The notes under the pieces are model-generated. The model worked only from the letters and a program-made list of their open reading frames with translations, did no database searches and was not told the DNA's origin. Positions 37,394-46,972 of a DNA stretch of 64,000 nt are shown piece by piece. Source of the stretch: Candidatus Amesbacteria bacterium. GTDB taxonomy: Bacteria > Patescibacteriota > Microgenomatia > CAZETR01 > Amesbacteraceae. Each line of letters starts with the position of its first letter. Within the stretch, counting starts at the first letter, position 1. The translations under genes were made by a program, and so were the position numbers. Where the stretch lies: NCBI GenBank assembly GCA_027371535.1, contig DAHXMV010000001.1, forward strand, positions 96,879-160,878, written 5' to 3'.

Positions 37394-38310
37394 AACGGTT
37401 TACCGGGAACAAAAGATCCCCGGCCCATATTTCCCGTATAAAAATCCCAGACACCCTTCTTTTGCCAGGGACGACCGGTAAACAATAACTTCAGGGATTG
37501 TCTTATTAACAGAATTTTCATTTTTAACGGGGCGTATCTCAAACCGAATAACAGACGGTTTCTGGTGATGTAATAATCCTGCAGAGGGGAGCCGACGCCG
37601 GTTGCCTGAGCGTTGGCATGCCAGGCAACACTTTTGGGGATGACCATCAGATTAAAACCCTTTCTTTCGGCCCGCCGGCAAAAATCGTTTTCTTCATAAT
37701 AGAGAAAGTATCCGGGGTCAAACAAACCAATTTCTTCGAACACCTGACGACGGACAAACATGGAAGCCCCGGTGATAAAATCCGTGACCCGGTCATCTTG
37801 AAACTGACCATGATCGACTTCATCCACTCCGGGGTGGACGCCCTGGATATTATTCCAGTCATTTAATCCTCCGACATACCAAATCACCTTACCTAAATCT
37901 TTTTTGGTATAACGGTCTTTGTGAAATTCATAACCGGGAGCGAAATAAATCTTTGAACCGAAGATGCCGGTTTGGGGGTAAATGCCAGCAGCCTTTACCA
38001 GGGCCGTGAGGGAATCCGGAGAAACTTCGATATCGGGGTTAACTATCCAGATGAAATCACTCCGGCTGGCCAGTGCCTGTCTGATACCGACATTATTGCC
38101 TTCGGTATAACCCAAATTGTCAGGATTTTTAATCAGTTTAAATGAGGAGAATTTATTAATGACTGATACAGAGTTGTCGGTTGAGGCATTATCAACCACG
38201 ATCGTCTCCAATTCTATCCCGGAAGGAAGATGTAAATGCCCCAGCGCTGTCAGACATTTAGCAATATACCTTCCCCCGTTCCAATTCACCACCACCACCG
38301 TAATTTTCAT
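37390..38310 (-). CDS. GT2 family glycosyltransferase (rhamnosyltransferase-like)
   Basis: 'ITVVVVNWNGGRYIAKCLTAL...TIVVDNASTDNS...VNPDIEV'. Confidence 0.75.
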   Translation of the reverse strand: MKITVVVVNWNGGRYIAKCLTALGHLHLPSGIELETIVVDNASTDNSVSVINKFSSFKLIKNPDNLGYTEGNNVGIRQALASRSDFIWIVNPDIEVSPDSLTALVKAAGIYPQTGIFGSKIYFAPGYEFHKDRYTKKDLGKVIWYVGGLNDWNNIQGVHPGVDEVDHGQFQDDRVTDFITGASMFVRRQVFEEIGLFDPGYFLYYEENDFCRRAERKGFNLMVIPKSVAWHANAQATGVGSPLQDYYITRNRLLFGLRYAPLKMKILLIRQSLKLLFTGRPWQKKGVWDFYTGNMGRGSFVPGKPL

Positions 38311-39224
38311 ATAAATTTACTGATAATGACAGACAGATCTTTGATAATCCGGATAAACGGCCTAAAAACTAGGGGGCTTTTATCGACTAGTTTTTCATAA
38401 TACCACCATTGAAACTGGGATATTTTACGGCGGACCGGCAGGATAAATTCCCGGGGGGGGATGTTTTCAGGTTTAAAACCCAAATACTGCCAGTACTTGG
38501 CATAGAGGACCAGCTCCGAAAAAGCCTGCAAACCTGATAAAAGTAAACCGTGCAGGCCTTCCCGGTAACCGTTCCTGGCAAAATACTGGCTGAAGAATTC
38601 TTCGCTGGGTTTGGTGATCAGAAGTTTCCAGGAAAAAACAGCTCCGGAGTCGATTAACAATTGCAGCTGGTTATCCGTGTAGCGGTTAATCCGGTCAACA
38701 TACTGGCTGACGGTCTGATAATTATGATGGATGATGGCATATTTTTCTTCCGGGGGAAAATCACCGCCGACCCCCCGGGTCTGGGGAATGCTATGAACGG
38801 CAGGAGACCAGGTAACATAACCATTTCTGAATAAGCGGTAGACATAGTCGGGCCACCAATGTTCGCTTTTGATCCATGAGCCAAAAATGATATTTTTTCT
38901 GGGAAGACGGTAATAATCAATACCGGGGGTGGTGATTACCTGTTTAATATAAGCCGCCAGCCCGGAGGATATTTCCTCATCCGCATCCATTAAAAGGATC
39001 CAGTCGCCACGGGCTTTGGAAATGGAATAATTTCTGACCGGTTCGACAATGCCGGTATTTTGGTGGTGAAATACCCGACAGCCGAATTTTTTGGCTATTT
39101 CTACGGTTTTGTCCGTACTTTGGGTATCCACAACAATTATCTCATCAGCCAGCCGTTTAACGGACGGCAATACCCGGGGCAGGTTTTTTTCCTCGTTCCA
39201 CGTGGTAATGACTACGGATAGCAC
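38307..39224 (-). CDS. GT2 family glycosyltransferase (WaaE/KdtX-like). It contains a G8/C8 homopolymer tract.
   Basis: 'LSVVITTWNEEKNLPRVLPSVKRLADEIIVVDTQSTDKT...MDADEEI'. A run of 8 G (plus strand 38453-38460) encodes 'IPPRE' about 50 codons before the stop. Confidence 0.75.
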   Translation of the reverse strand: MLSVVITTWNEEKNLPRVLPSVKRLADEIIVVDTQSTDKTVEIAKKFGCRVFHHQNTGIVEPVRNYSISKARGDWILLMDADEEISSGLAAYIKQVITTPGIDYYRLPRKNIIFGSWIKSEHWWPDYVYRLFRNGYVTWSPAVHSIPQTRGVGGDFPPEEKYAIIHHNYQTVSQYVDRINRYTDNQLQLLIDSGAVFSWKLLITKPSEEFFSQYFARNGYREGLHGLLLSGLQAFSELVLYAKYWQYLGFKPENIPPREFILPVRRKISQFQWWYYEKLVDKSPLVFRPFIRIIKDLSVIISKFI

Positions 39225-39232
39225 AAGCTGAT

Positions 39233-39262
39233 TTTACATTATTTAACGGTTTAATGTATAAA
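39233..39262 (+). promoter_or_regulatory. Candidate sigma70-type promoter in the 64-nt divergent intergenic region. -35 TTTACA (39233-39238), 18-nt spacer, -10 TATAAA (39257-39262).
   Basis: 'gaTTTACAttatttaacggtttaatgTATAAAaatt', 27 nt upstream of the ATG at 39289. Confidence 0.35.
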
Positions 39263-39288
39263 AATTAAGGGTCTGATATGATTGCCTG

Positions 39289-40860
39289 ATGAAGCGGGCA
39301 GCGGGTATAATTTTACCGGGATTGGTAATTTTTTGGAGCCTGGCGGTGCTCTTAAATCATTTTCCACCCGGTGAGCAGGAAATCCAGTTGAGATACCTGG
39401 CATGGTCGCAAGCCCGGCATATTCCGGTCCCGGATAATTATTACCGGGAAATGCCTTTTCCGCTGCCAATTTGGCTGCTGTCCGTCTGGCCGGCCAGGCT
39501 ACTTTTTTCAGACACTTACTTCCGGCTGCCGAATCTGATTATCGGGTGGGGGGGATTGGCATTGCTTTACATGATGTTGAAAAAGCAACAGCCGGAAATT
39601 GCCTTGGCAACAATAATAATTTTTGGGATCACCCCCTGGGTCTTATGGATGATTATCAGCGATACGGCGGCCGTACTGACTTTATTTATGGCTTTACTGA
39701 TCACGGTCATGGGATTTAATACCAAGGTCAATCAATTAATATTAATCGCGGTGTGGCTGGGTTTATGTCTGACCAGCCTGTCCGGGCTGGTTTTCGGGGT
39801 GATCTTCGGAATCCGGTGGGTGGGAAAACAGAAAATGGTGATTGCCGGCAGCCTGATGTTTTTAGCAGCAGCCGGAATAAGCTGGCAGTACAGGGGGTAT
39901 ATATATCAGCAGTCTATTTTTTATATTAATGGCATCAATAATGAAAGCATCAGTAAAGAAGTCGATCAAAGAGTGAGAGATGAATTCAAGCTGGATAATT
40001 TTCAAAATATAGTTCCGCTGTTTATAAAGAGGTGGGTTTATAACAAACCATTTTATTGGTACCGGGCGGTGACGGGACAAATATTGGGTAATTTCAGTGT
40101 GGAAAAACTGGCATATCCCGCCGAAAGTTCGGCGACGGTTACCAGAAGTCTGTGGGACAGCAAGGACTTACCCTGGCTCTTATTTTGGGAGGTGGGACTG
40201 GTGATGGCCGGAGGGTATTTTTGGAGGGTATTAAAACCGGAACTTGGAACCGTTTGCGGGTTGTTCGGAGTCTGGAGTTTTACCGCAATGGGAATCTTCG
40301 GAAACAATTTTTTGGCAACCGGAATAGGTCTGACAGTTCCCGTGGCAATTTTGGCTGCCATGGGTTGGCGGAAATTTCCCCGGCTGCTGAAGGGGTTGTC
40401 AATATTAATTGTGATTTTCAGTCTGCTGTCCACATATGACCTCTTCTTCAACCGGGAAATGGTTTGGAGAGACAACCGGCCCGAAGTGCAGATGATGATA
40501 GCCAAAATGGCCAAAAAATATCAGGCAGACTATGCCACCGCGGTACTGGGGCGGTCTTTTTTATACTATGCCTGGCTGGTTAAACTTTCACCTGAAAATT
40601 TGTGGACCGGGATAGCCGACCATAATCATCCGGAAAAAACTGTTTTTGAAAGTTTTAATCTCAAATCAACGGCAGCGGCCAAAGGCCGGGTGTATGTAGG
40701 ATTTCCGGGGGAATTCTTAGGCAACAGAAAAGAAAACGGCAGCAATGAATTTCATATCAGCGAGCTCCCATTGAATTGGCAATTATTAGCCAGTTACCCG
40801 ATTCATGATACGGTAAGTTTCGGCAACGGTGATTTTATCTGGACGGTGAAAATAAATTAA
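39289..40860 (+). CDS. Polytopic membrane protein (523 aa), a possible GT-C-like glycosyltransferase of an unassigned family
   Basis: At least 10 TM helices in the first 330 aa, then a hydrophilic C-terminal domain of about 190 aa. First gene of a plus-strand operon of GT-C paralogs. Confidence 0.4.
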   Translation: MKRAAGIILPGLVIFWSLAVLLNHFPPGEQEIQLRYLAWSQARHIPVPDNYYREMPFPLPIWLLSVWPARLLFSDTYFRLPNLIIGWGGLALLYMMLKKQQPEIALATIIIFGITPWVLWMIISDTAAVLTLFMALLITVMGFNTKVNQLILIAVWLGLCLTSLSGLVFGVIFGIRWVGKQKMVIAGSLMFLAAAGISWQYRGYIYQQSIFYINGINNESISKEVDQRVRDEFKLDNFQNIVPLFIKRWVYNKPFYWYRAVTGQILGNFSVEKLAYPAESSATVTRSLWDSKDLPWLLFWEVGLVMAGGYFWRVLKPELGTVCGLFGVWSFTAMGIFGNNFLATGIGLTVPVAILAAMGWRKFPRLLKGLSILIVIFSLLSTYDLFFNREMVWRDNRPEVQMMIAKMAKKYQADYATAVLGRSFLYYAWLVKLSPENLWTGIADHNHPEKTVFESFNLKSTAAAKGRVYVGFPGEFLGNRKENGSNEFHISELPLNWQLLASYPIHDTVSFGNGDFIWTVKIN

Positions 40861-40875
40861 CAATTAATAATGTAA

Positions 40876-42480
40876 ATGAAACAGATAATAATTATAACCA
40901 GCATTATTTTTTTATTATTGGCCAGTTTCGGGTTGAGGATATGGCGAATAGACAAAGCACCCGCGTCAGTAAATTGGGATGAAGCCGCCTTGGGATATAA
41001 CGCCTATTCAATGCTGCTTACAGGGAAAGATGAATTTGCCAAAGCCATGCCGGTTTCTTTAAGGTCGTTTGATGATTACAAACCGGCACTGTATGCCTAT
41101 CTGGCAGTGCCGTTTATCAGATTTATCGGCTTAAACGCATTGTCCACCCGGATAGGGTCCGTAATCAGCGGAGTAATGCTGGTATTTTTTGTGGTTTATA
41201 TCACCAGTTTTCTGCTGGGGAAGTTGAAATACGGGCTGCTGGCCGGGGTATTCACGACTGTCAGCCCATGGGCTTTACATTTTTCCCGGATTGCTTTTGA
41301 GGCCAATCTGGCAGCCAGCCTGTATTTTGCCGGGCTGGCATTATTTGTAATGGCACTCAGGCACAAATATGCTTACATAGGGGCAATTATGATGATGGTG
41401 TTGTCCATGTATGCCTACCATGCCCAACGAGCGATTGCAATCCCGACTTTAATCATCCTGACTATGCTGTTTTGGAATAATTTTAAAGATACCTTTATTT
41501 CCAAGTGGAAAATTTATCTGGCAGTGGCAGTAATTGGCCTGTTACCTTTAATCTATAGTTTTCTGACCGAACCGGCGGGCAGCCGTCTGGTATCGACCTT
41601 TATCCTGAAACTGTGGCCGTTTGCACCGCATGATTATCCCCTACTGATTTATAACCCGATTTACAGTCTCATCATGCAGTTGGCGGGGCAATTTTTAGCC
41701 TATTTTTCCCCGGTAAATATTTTTCTGAAAGGTTCGACAGAACCCATACTAAGGATTCCGACACTGGGCCTCCTGCCTCTGGAATTATTTCCCTTATGGA
41801 TATTCGGGCTTTTCAGATTAAATAAAAACAGATCCCTGGCCAAAGTACTGGGGACAGTTTTGGTGATGGCCCCGCTGCCGGCGGTGATTACCTGGAACTG
41901 GTTTTCGGTAGTGAGAACTTTGGCATTGTATCCGGCTTTTATAATCCTGGCTGCAGCCGGGGGGAAGTGGCTGTGGGAAAGGCAATTTCACCATAGCGGA
42001 TTAAAATTTGCGGTGGGCGGCTTTTGGGCCGTCTTATTTTCCCTGTCTTCGCTGTACACGTTTCTGACCATCACTATTTACGCACCCCTGGTTACCTTCG
42101 GTGATTTTCAGCCGGGATTTAAGGAGACCGTGCCATATGTAATGCAGGAGTCAGCCAAGTATTCCAAAGTGGTTATAGACAGTGACCAGGCGGCACCCTA
42201 CATTTTCTTTTTGTTTTATTCCAAATACCCACCGGCGTTATATTTAAAAGACAATCACGTGATCAAAACCAATAACGGTACGGAAAAAAGATCTTTCGGA
42301 AAATTTGAAGTCAGGAATATCACCAGAGCAGATCTGGACCAAACGGGGATATTATATATGGGTCCGGTAAAGAGCCTGCCGGACTGGGCAGTGACCAATA
42401 TTTTTCAAAAAGAAGGCGCCAGGGTAAAAGATTTCAAAGATCTTTTGGGCTATACTAGTTACCGGGTTGTCAGTTTATAA
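40876..42480 (+). CDS. GT39/PMT-like GT-C glycosyltransferase (family A paralog 6)
   Basis: 534 aa. 'NWDEAALGYNAYSMLLTGKDEFAKAMPVSLRSFDDYKPALYAYLAVP'. Confidence 0.7.
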   Translation: MKQIIIITSIIFLLLASFGLRIWRIDKAPASVNWDEAALGYNAYSMLLTGKDEFAKAMPVSLRSFDDYKPALYAYLAVPFIRFIGLNALSTRIGSVISGVMLVFFVVYITSFLLGKLKYGLLAGVFTTVSPWALHFSRIAFEANLAASLYFAGLALFVMALRHKYAYIGAIMMMVLSMYAYHAQRAIAIPTLIILTMLFWNNFKDTFISKWKIYLAVAVIGLLPLIYSFLTEPAGSRLVSTFILKLWPFAPHDYPLLIYNPIYSLIMQLAGQFLAYFSPVNIFLKGSTEPILRIPTLGLLPLELFPLWIFGLFRLNKNRSLAKVLGTVLVMAPLPAVITWNWFSVVRTLALYPAFIILAAAGGKWLWERQFHHSGLKFAVGGFWAVLFSLSSLYTFLTITIYAPLVTFGDFQPGFKETVPYVMQESAKYSKVVIDSDQAAPYIFFLFYSKYPPALYLKDNHVIKTNNGTEKRSFGKFEVRNITRADLDQTGILYMGPVKSLPDWAVTNIFQKEGARVKDFKDLLGYTSYRVVSL

Positions 42481-43855
42481 GATGAAGTATAAATGGATTT
42501 TACTGATTATATTTTGTCTGGCAGTATTTGCCAGGGTTTACAGACTGGATGTATCCAGTCATTTCGAATTTGACGAATCACGCGATCTGGTAAACATGCA
42601 TCAAATTTGGGTAGAGAAAAAAATCACTTTAGTGGGGCCTATTTCTGAAGACAGAGGCCATGCGTACAGTTCCCTGACCTATTATATGCTGCTGCCGTTT
42701 GCGGTTCTGTTTAATTTCGATCCGATAGGGCCGGCGGCAGGGGCGGTTTTTTGGGGACTGGTGACCGCCGGCATGCTGACATGGGTACTGGCAAAAATTA
42801 ATTCCAAATGGCTGATTCCGGCAGCAATAATCTCCGCCATCTGGGTACCGCTGGTGATTACATCCAGATGGGCCTGGAATCCCAATTTGCTGATGTTTTG
42901 GTTTTTAGCCGGAATAATATTGGAGCAAAAACCCCAATGGGGTTTTAAGCTGGCAGCCGGCGTGGCATTCGGGCTGATGATCCATCATCATTATCTGGCA
43001 ATAGTGCCTGTGGGTTTATGGATTTTGTGGAAAAGAAATCTCTTTACAGCAGCGGGCGCGGGCCTGGCCCTACTGCCATTTCTGATTTTTGACCTGAGAC
43101 ATCCGCCGGGAATATTCATCATGAGAATGATTCAGTATAATCAGGGCCCCCTAAGCCAGAATCCGCTGCACTTAATACAACAAATACCGGGAGTATTTAC
43201 TTATTTCTTTGATTATGTTTTCAGATTGAGATTTTTAACCATCATCGGCGGATCTGTGATTGTTTTTTTGGGCATCTGGGACCTGATTACCAAAAGCAGA
43301 GCCAGGATGTGGCTTTTGTTGTGGGCGGGGTCGGTACTGCCGATTGTGTTTTACAACAACAACGTCCAGTATGTGCTGCCGGCTCTTCCGGGTTTTATCA
43401 TCTGGGTGTTTTTTGCCCGGAAGGGTAAAGGCATTATTTTGGGAAAATTACTGTCGGCTTTAATTATTACGGGTTCGATACTAACTGTAGCCAACACCTG
43501 GCATGAGGCGGATTGGGAAGGCAACCTGCAGCTGGACCGGGGCGGCACACAGATAATAGCCGAACAAATAAAAACGCAAAAACTGGTCAACCCCAACCTG
43601 GCGGTTTTGGGCAGCCCCGATATTTTTACCAACGGAAATAAATTCAGGAATCTGTTATTGGTGGAAAATATCAAAGTCAAACCTTATGAAGAATATTTTT
43701 CCTCGGATAATTTATTCGTGGTTACTAAAGCCGATATCAAGGCATTAAGATTAGATCCGGCGGCTGAAATGATGTATTTCCGAAACGGACCGGTCAAGGG
43801 GGTATGGAATATTCCCGAAACCGACTGGAAAGTGGTTCAGTTTAACAGATATTAA
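42467..43855 (+). CDS. ArnT/GT83-like GT-C glycosyltransferase (family D paralog)
   Basis: 462 aa. 'FEFDESRDLVNMHQIWVEKKITLVGPISEDRGHAYSSLTYYMLLPF'. Confidence 0.6.
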   Translation: MSVYKMKYKWILLIIFCLAVFARVYRLDVSSHFEFDESRDLVNMHQIWVEKKITLVGPISEDRGHAYSSLTYYMLLPFAVLFNFDPIGPAAGAVFWGLVTAGMLTWVLAKINSKWLIPAAIISAIWVPLVITSRWAWNPNLLMFWFLAGIILEQKPQWGFKLAAGVAFGLMIHHHYLAIVPVGLWILWKRNLFTAAGAGLALLPFLIFDLRHPPGIFIMRMIQYNQGPLSQNPLHLIQQIPGVFTYFFDYVFRLRFLTIIGGSVIVFLGIWDLITKSRARMWLLLWAGSVLPIVFYNNNVQYVLPALPGFIIWVFFARKGKGIILGKLLSALIITGSILTVANTWHEADWEGNLQLDRGGTQIIAEQIKTQKLVNPNLAVLGSPDIFTNGNKFRNLLLVENIKVKPYEEYFSSDNLFVVTKADIKALRLDPAAEMMYFRNGPVKGVWNIPETDWKVVQFNRY

Positions 43856-43863
43856 AATCCAAA

Positions 43864-45225
43864 ATGTTTAAAAAATTTCTGCCGATAATAATTCTGTTAT
43901 CGGCGGCGCTGGTTTTTCGGCTATGGCTAACCGACAAAGGCTGGCACGTGGATTTATTTTCCAATGCGGGCTGGGGAGAATGGATCTATGAACACGGCCC
44001 GGGCAAGTTTTATGACAATGTGTACTGGACTTATTCCTGGCCTACCCAGCCACCACTGATTAACAGCGTCTATGCCTATAACAAAAATCTGTATATTAAT
44101 ATTTTGGGCAGACTGGCCTGGATAGATTTTCAGATCAAAAAAATAACCCATGTCAGGGAAGTTATTTGGCTATCCAATTTCGTCACCTGGTTCGGTTACG
44201 GAAAAATCAATACCGAAATTCCGTTTCAGATAGGTTATCTGGTGACGATGAAACTTTTCCCAATAATGGCGGATATTTTCATCGGTTTGATAATTTATTT
44301 TGTGAGCGGAAAAAAATGGCAGTGGGCCTCAATTTATCTTTTCTCACCTTTTACATGGTACCTGTCTGCCATGTGGGGACAATACGATCAGGTCAGCTTT
44401 TTAATTGCCCTTGCGGGTTTTGTTTTGGTGGGCAGGAAATCAGATTTCCTGGCGCCACTATTATGGGGAATTGCAGTGATGATAAAACCCACCGCACTGA
44501 TCCTCTTACCATTTGCCGTCTACTGGCTGATCAGGCGGGGAAAAAGTCCCGTCATTATTAAACTGCTCAGTTTCATCCTGCCACTGATCTTTTTTTGGAT
44601 TACCACGGCACCGTATACTAATAAAAATCCTCTGGTTTTTGCCAGATATGACCTGATCCGGATCATTTTTGAAAAGTCCGAACCCCGGGTGACGGTAAAT
44701 GCTTTTAATTTCTGGAGAATTTTCTTAGGCGATCAGGCAGAAAATCAGCAAATGAAATTCCTTTTTATACCAACTTATATCTGGAGCTGGATAGTTTTCG
44801 GGGTATTAAACCTGATGGCAGGATACAAGTGCGAGAAAGAAACCAAAAATAAATACGTGCTGTGGGAAAGCCTGTTTTTGATTACCGGCGGGTCCTGGAT
44901 GTTTATGGCGGGAATGCTGGAACGATATTATTTTCCCGGAATAGTTTTTGCCCTACTGGCGGTAATTAACAAACCCAAACTGGTGAAATGGTGGTGGGTA
45001 ATATCCATAATATTCTTTATTAATCTTTATTATCATTGGTGGGTACCGGAATTCTTCGGGATTCCGAAAAATATATTATCATGGCAAAACAGCCTGGTGA
45101 CCAGAATATTGGCACTGGCTAATACGGCAGTTTTTGTGATATTGGCAGTCAGTTTGTATCCACCTGCCAAATTGATGCCTGGGAATTTTCAAAAATTATT
45201 TTACCGCCCAGCTGAGAAGCCGTAA
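43864..45225 (+). CDS. GT87/DUF2029-like polytopic membrane protein (family C)
   Basis: 453 aa. 'HVDLFSNAGWGEWIYEHGPGKFYDN...WPTQPPLINSVYAY'. Its 3' end overlaps the convergent gene by 77 nt. Confidence 0.45.
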   Translation: MFKKFLPIIILLSAALVFRLWLTDKGWHVDLFSNAGWGEWIYEHGPGKFYDNVYWTYSWPTQPPLINSVYAYNKNLYINILGRLAWIDFQIKKITHVREVIWLSNFVTWFGYGKINTEIPFQIGYLVTMKLFPIMADIFIGLIIYFVSGKKWQWASIYLFSPFTWYLSAMWGQYDQVSFLIALAGFVLVGRKSDFLAPLLWGIAVMIKPTALILLPFAVYWLIRRGKSPVIIKLLSFILPLIFFWITTAPYTNKNPLVFARYDLIRIIFEKSEPRVTVNAFNFWRIFLGDQAENQQMKFLFIPTYIWSWIVFGVLNLMAGYKCEKETKNKYVLWESLFLITGGSWMFMAGMLERYYFPGIVFALLAVINKPKLVKWWWVISIIFFINLYYHWWVPEFFGIPKNILSWQNSLVTRILALANTAVFVILAVSLYPPAKLMPGNFQKLFYRPAEKP

Positions 45226-46972
45226 GAAACGGCCGATATTTAGCTACTAAAGCCAGGTAAATATATTTAATCCGGTTTTGGTGAAGAAATTCCCTGGCCT
45301 GATTAATGTTCTGCATGGCGATAAATTCTTCCGACTGGGCCTGCCTCCGGGGCCAGTCAAAACCGGTAATATTCAAATTAACCGTATCCTCCATAAAGAC
45401 CGGGTGGCCGCTATAAGCCGAGACATAGGCCGTAGAATCGTAATAATACAGCGGGCGGGGAGGAGGATAATAAGCGTCGGGCTGAATGGGATAGGTAAAA
45501 ACGTTACCGGGGGGCAGGGAAGCCAGTTTATTTAACGCCTGCAGTTCATCTTTGCTGATCATGGCCGGAGGACGGGAAGGCAGATAGTGGTCCAGGGTAT
45601 CCAGAGTGGTAGGGATAGTGACAATAATTATCAATAACCAAATCGCATACCGAAAATACTTATGGTGATTTAATCTGCCGAATAATCCGGATATAAATAA
45701 GGCGGCCAAAATCCCCAGAAATATCTGGGAGTAATAGAAAAACTGAATAGTATTCCAGGGAGTGCCTTTTTGTAAAAATAACATCGGTAAAAGCAAACCG
45801 CCAAAAATAAATGAATAAATAAACAAGGAAACAATATCTGGTTTACGGTTTTTGATAACAGCAATTAAGGCCAGGACTCTGGTTCCCAGGTTACCGATCA
45901 GAAAAATAAATAAGGCCAAAAAATATCCCAGGAGGGATTTTGGCCAATTATGCAACTGTCTGGAATCAACAATGGTGTGATAGAGCCTGGGCCAGTAAAA
46001 CCGATCGGAATAGATGAGCATCGTTTCCAAAAACCAACCGGGACGAAGCACAATCAGAGATTGGGAATTCCGGTTAAACGGTAAAAAAATGATTAAAGAT
46101 ATTACCAAACTGCCTAAAAATATCCGCAAAAGACCAGTTTTTTTTTCGGTCAGAAACTCATAAACCGAAATCACCAACAGTGAGCCCAGGGCCAAAATAC
46201 CGGCATAGACTTTGATCTCCAGCAAAAAACCGAACAAAATAACCGAAATAAGCCAAGCCGTTTTAGTCGGGTGGCGCTGATATTTGAGGAGGCTGGTCAA
46301 GCTAAAAAAGACGATAATAAGCGACAAAGCAAACGGCGGATTCAACAGGGTGGAAATACTCTGCTGGGACCAAAACATGGATTCACCTCCGGTCTGACCG
46401 TTTCTGATCAGGCTGACCAGCCAACCAAAACTGCCTCCGAAATAGGTAAAAAACAATCCCCATCTGATTGCCCTGTCATCCTTTTTCCAGGCTTTGAGAA
46501 AGCCCATTACCGACCAGCCGACTCCCAGGGCCAGAAGCGGCGGCAAAATTTGAAAATAGAGAAAACTAACGGGAAGATCTGAAATAAGATGCAAAACCGC
46601 CACCAATAAATCAAAGCCTATATGGTAATTTTTGATTAATTCTCCGGCAAATATGGGCATACCAAAACTACCCCTGGCTAACCCGGTAATGAGAGAAAGA
46701 TGCCAGATGCCATCATGACCGTTCGGGCCCCAAAAACCGATGCCATAAGAATATATCAAACCGCTTTTGACCATGGTCAGAGACCAGATAAAAGATCCGA
46801 ATAAAATCAAAAGCAGGGTTTTATATTTTGGCACGGAAGTGGGTATAAAAAGGTTTAATATCCGCCAATAACTGCCGACCACCGATAAAATAGACAGCCA
46901 TGACATAGACCACAGTTGCCGATAATAATGCCATGACAAGTCCGGTATGATAAAGGATGACCCCGGTGACAA
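45149..46972 (-). CDS. Polytopic membrane protein (up to 607 aa) with a C-terminal extracytoplasmic domain. GT-C-like candidate of an unassigned family.
   Basis: About 12 TM helices. The C-terminal 150 aa are hydrophilic and Pro/Tyr-rich ('YPIQPDAYYPPPRPLYYYDSTAYV'). The true start is uncertain: in-frame Mets at 46972, 46906 and 46774, and the first two overlap the upstream flippase gene. Confidence 0.5.
   Translation of the reverse strand: MSPGSSFIIPDLSWHYYRQLWSMSWLSILSVVGSYWRILNLFIPTSVPKYKTLLLILFGSFIWSLTMVKSGLIYSYGIGFWGPNGHDGIWHLSLITGLARGSFGMPIFAGELIKNYHIGFDLLVAVLHLISDLPVSFLYFQILPPLLALGVGWSVMGFLKAWKKDDRAIRWGLFFTYFGGSFGWLVSLIRNGQTGGESMFWSQQSISTLLNPPFALSLIIVFFSLTSLLKYQRHPTKTAWLISVILFGFLLEIKVYAGILALGSLLVISVYEFLTEKKTGLLRIFLGSLVISLIIFLPFNRNSQSLIVLRPGWFLETMLIYSDRFYWPRLYHTIVDSRQLHNWPKSLLGYFLALFIFLIGNLGTRVLALIAVIKNRKPDIVSLFIYSFIFGGLLLPMLFLQKGTPWNTIQFFYYSQIFLGILAALFISGLFGRLNHHKYFRYAIWLLIIIVTIPTTLDTLDHYLPSRPPAMISKDELQALNKLASLPPGNVFTYPIQPDAYYPPPRPLYYYDSTAYVSAYSGHPVFMEDTVNLNITGFDWPRRQAQSEEFIAMQNINQAREFLHQNRIKYIYLALVAKYRPFLTASQLGGKIIFENSQASIWQVDTN

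Noticed and set aside
46138-46146. T9/A9 homopolymer inside the 607-aa membrane protein gene. Other A/T runs of 7-8 occur at 9148-9155, 26880-26887, 48037-48043 and 50628-50635.
   Set aside because: A/T runs of this length are expected by chance in AT-biased stretches and all encode Lys/Phe codons in frame. There is no evidence of frame disruption, so I did not call them phase-variable elements.
45149-46972. Considered trimming the 607-aa membrane protein to the Met at 46774 to remove its 152-nt overlap with the upstream flippase gene
   Set aside because: The sequence between 46774 and 46972 encodes a convincing N-terminal TM helix ('LLLILFGSFIWSL'), like other paralogs that start directly with TM1. 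I therefore kept the long form and flagged the start as uncertain rather than asserting the short one.
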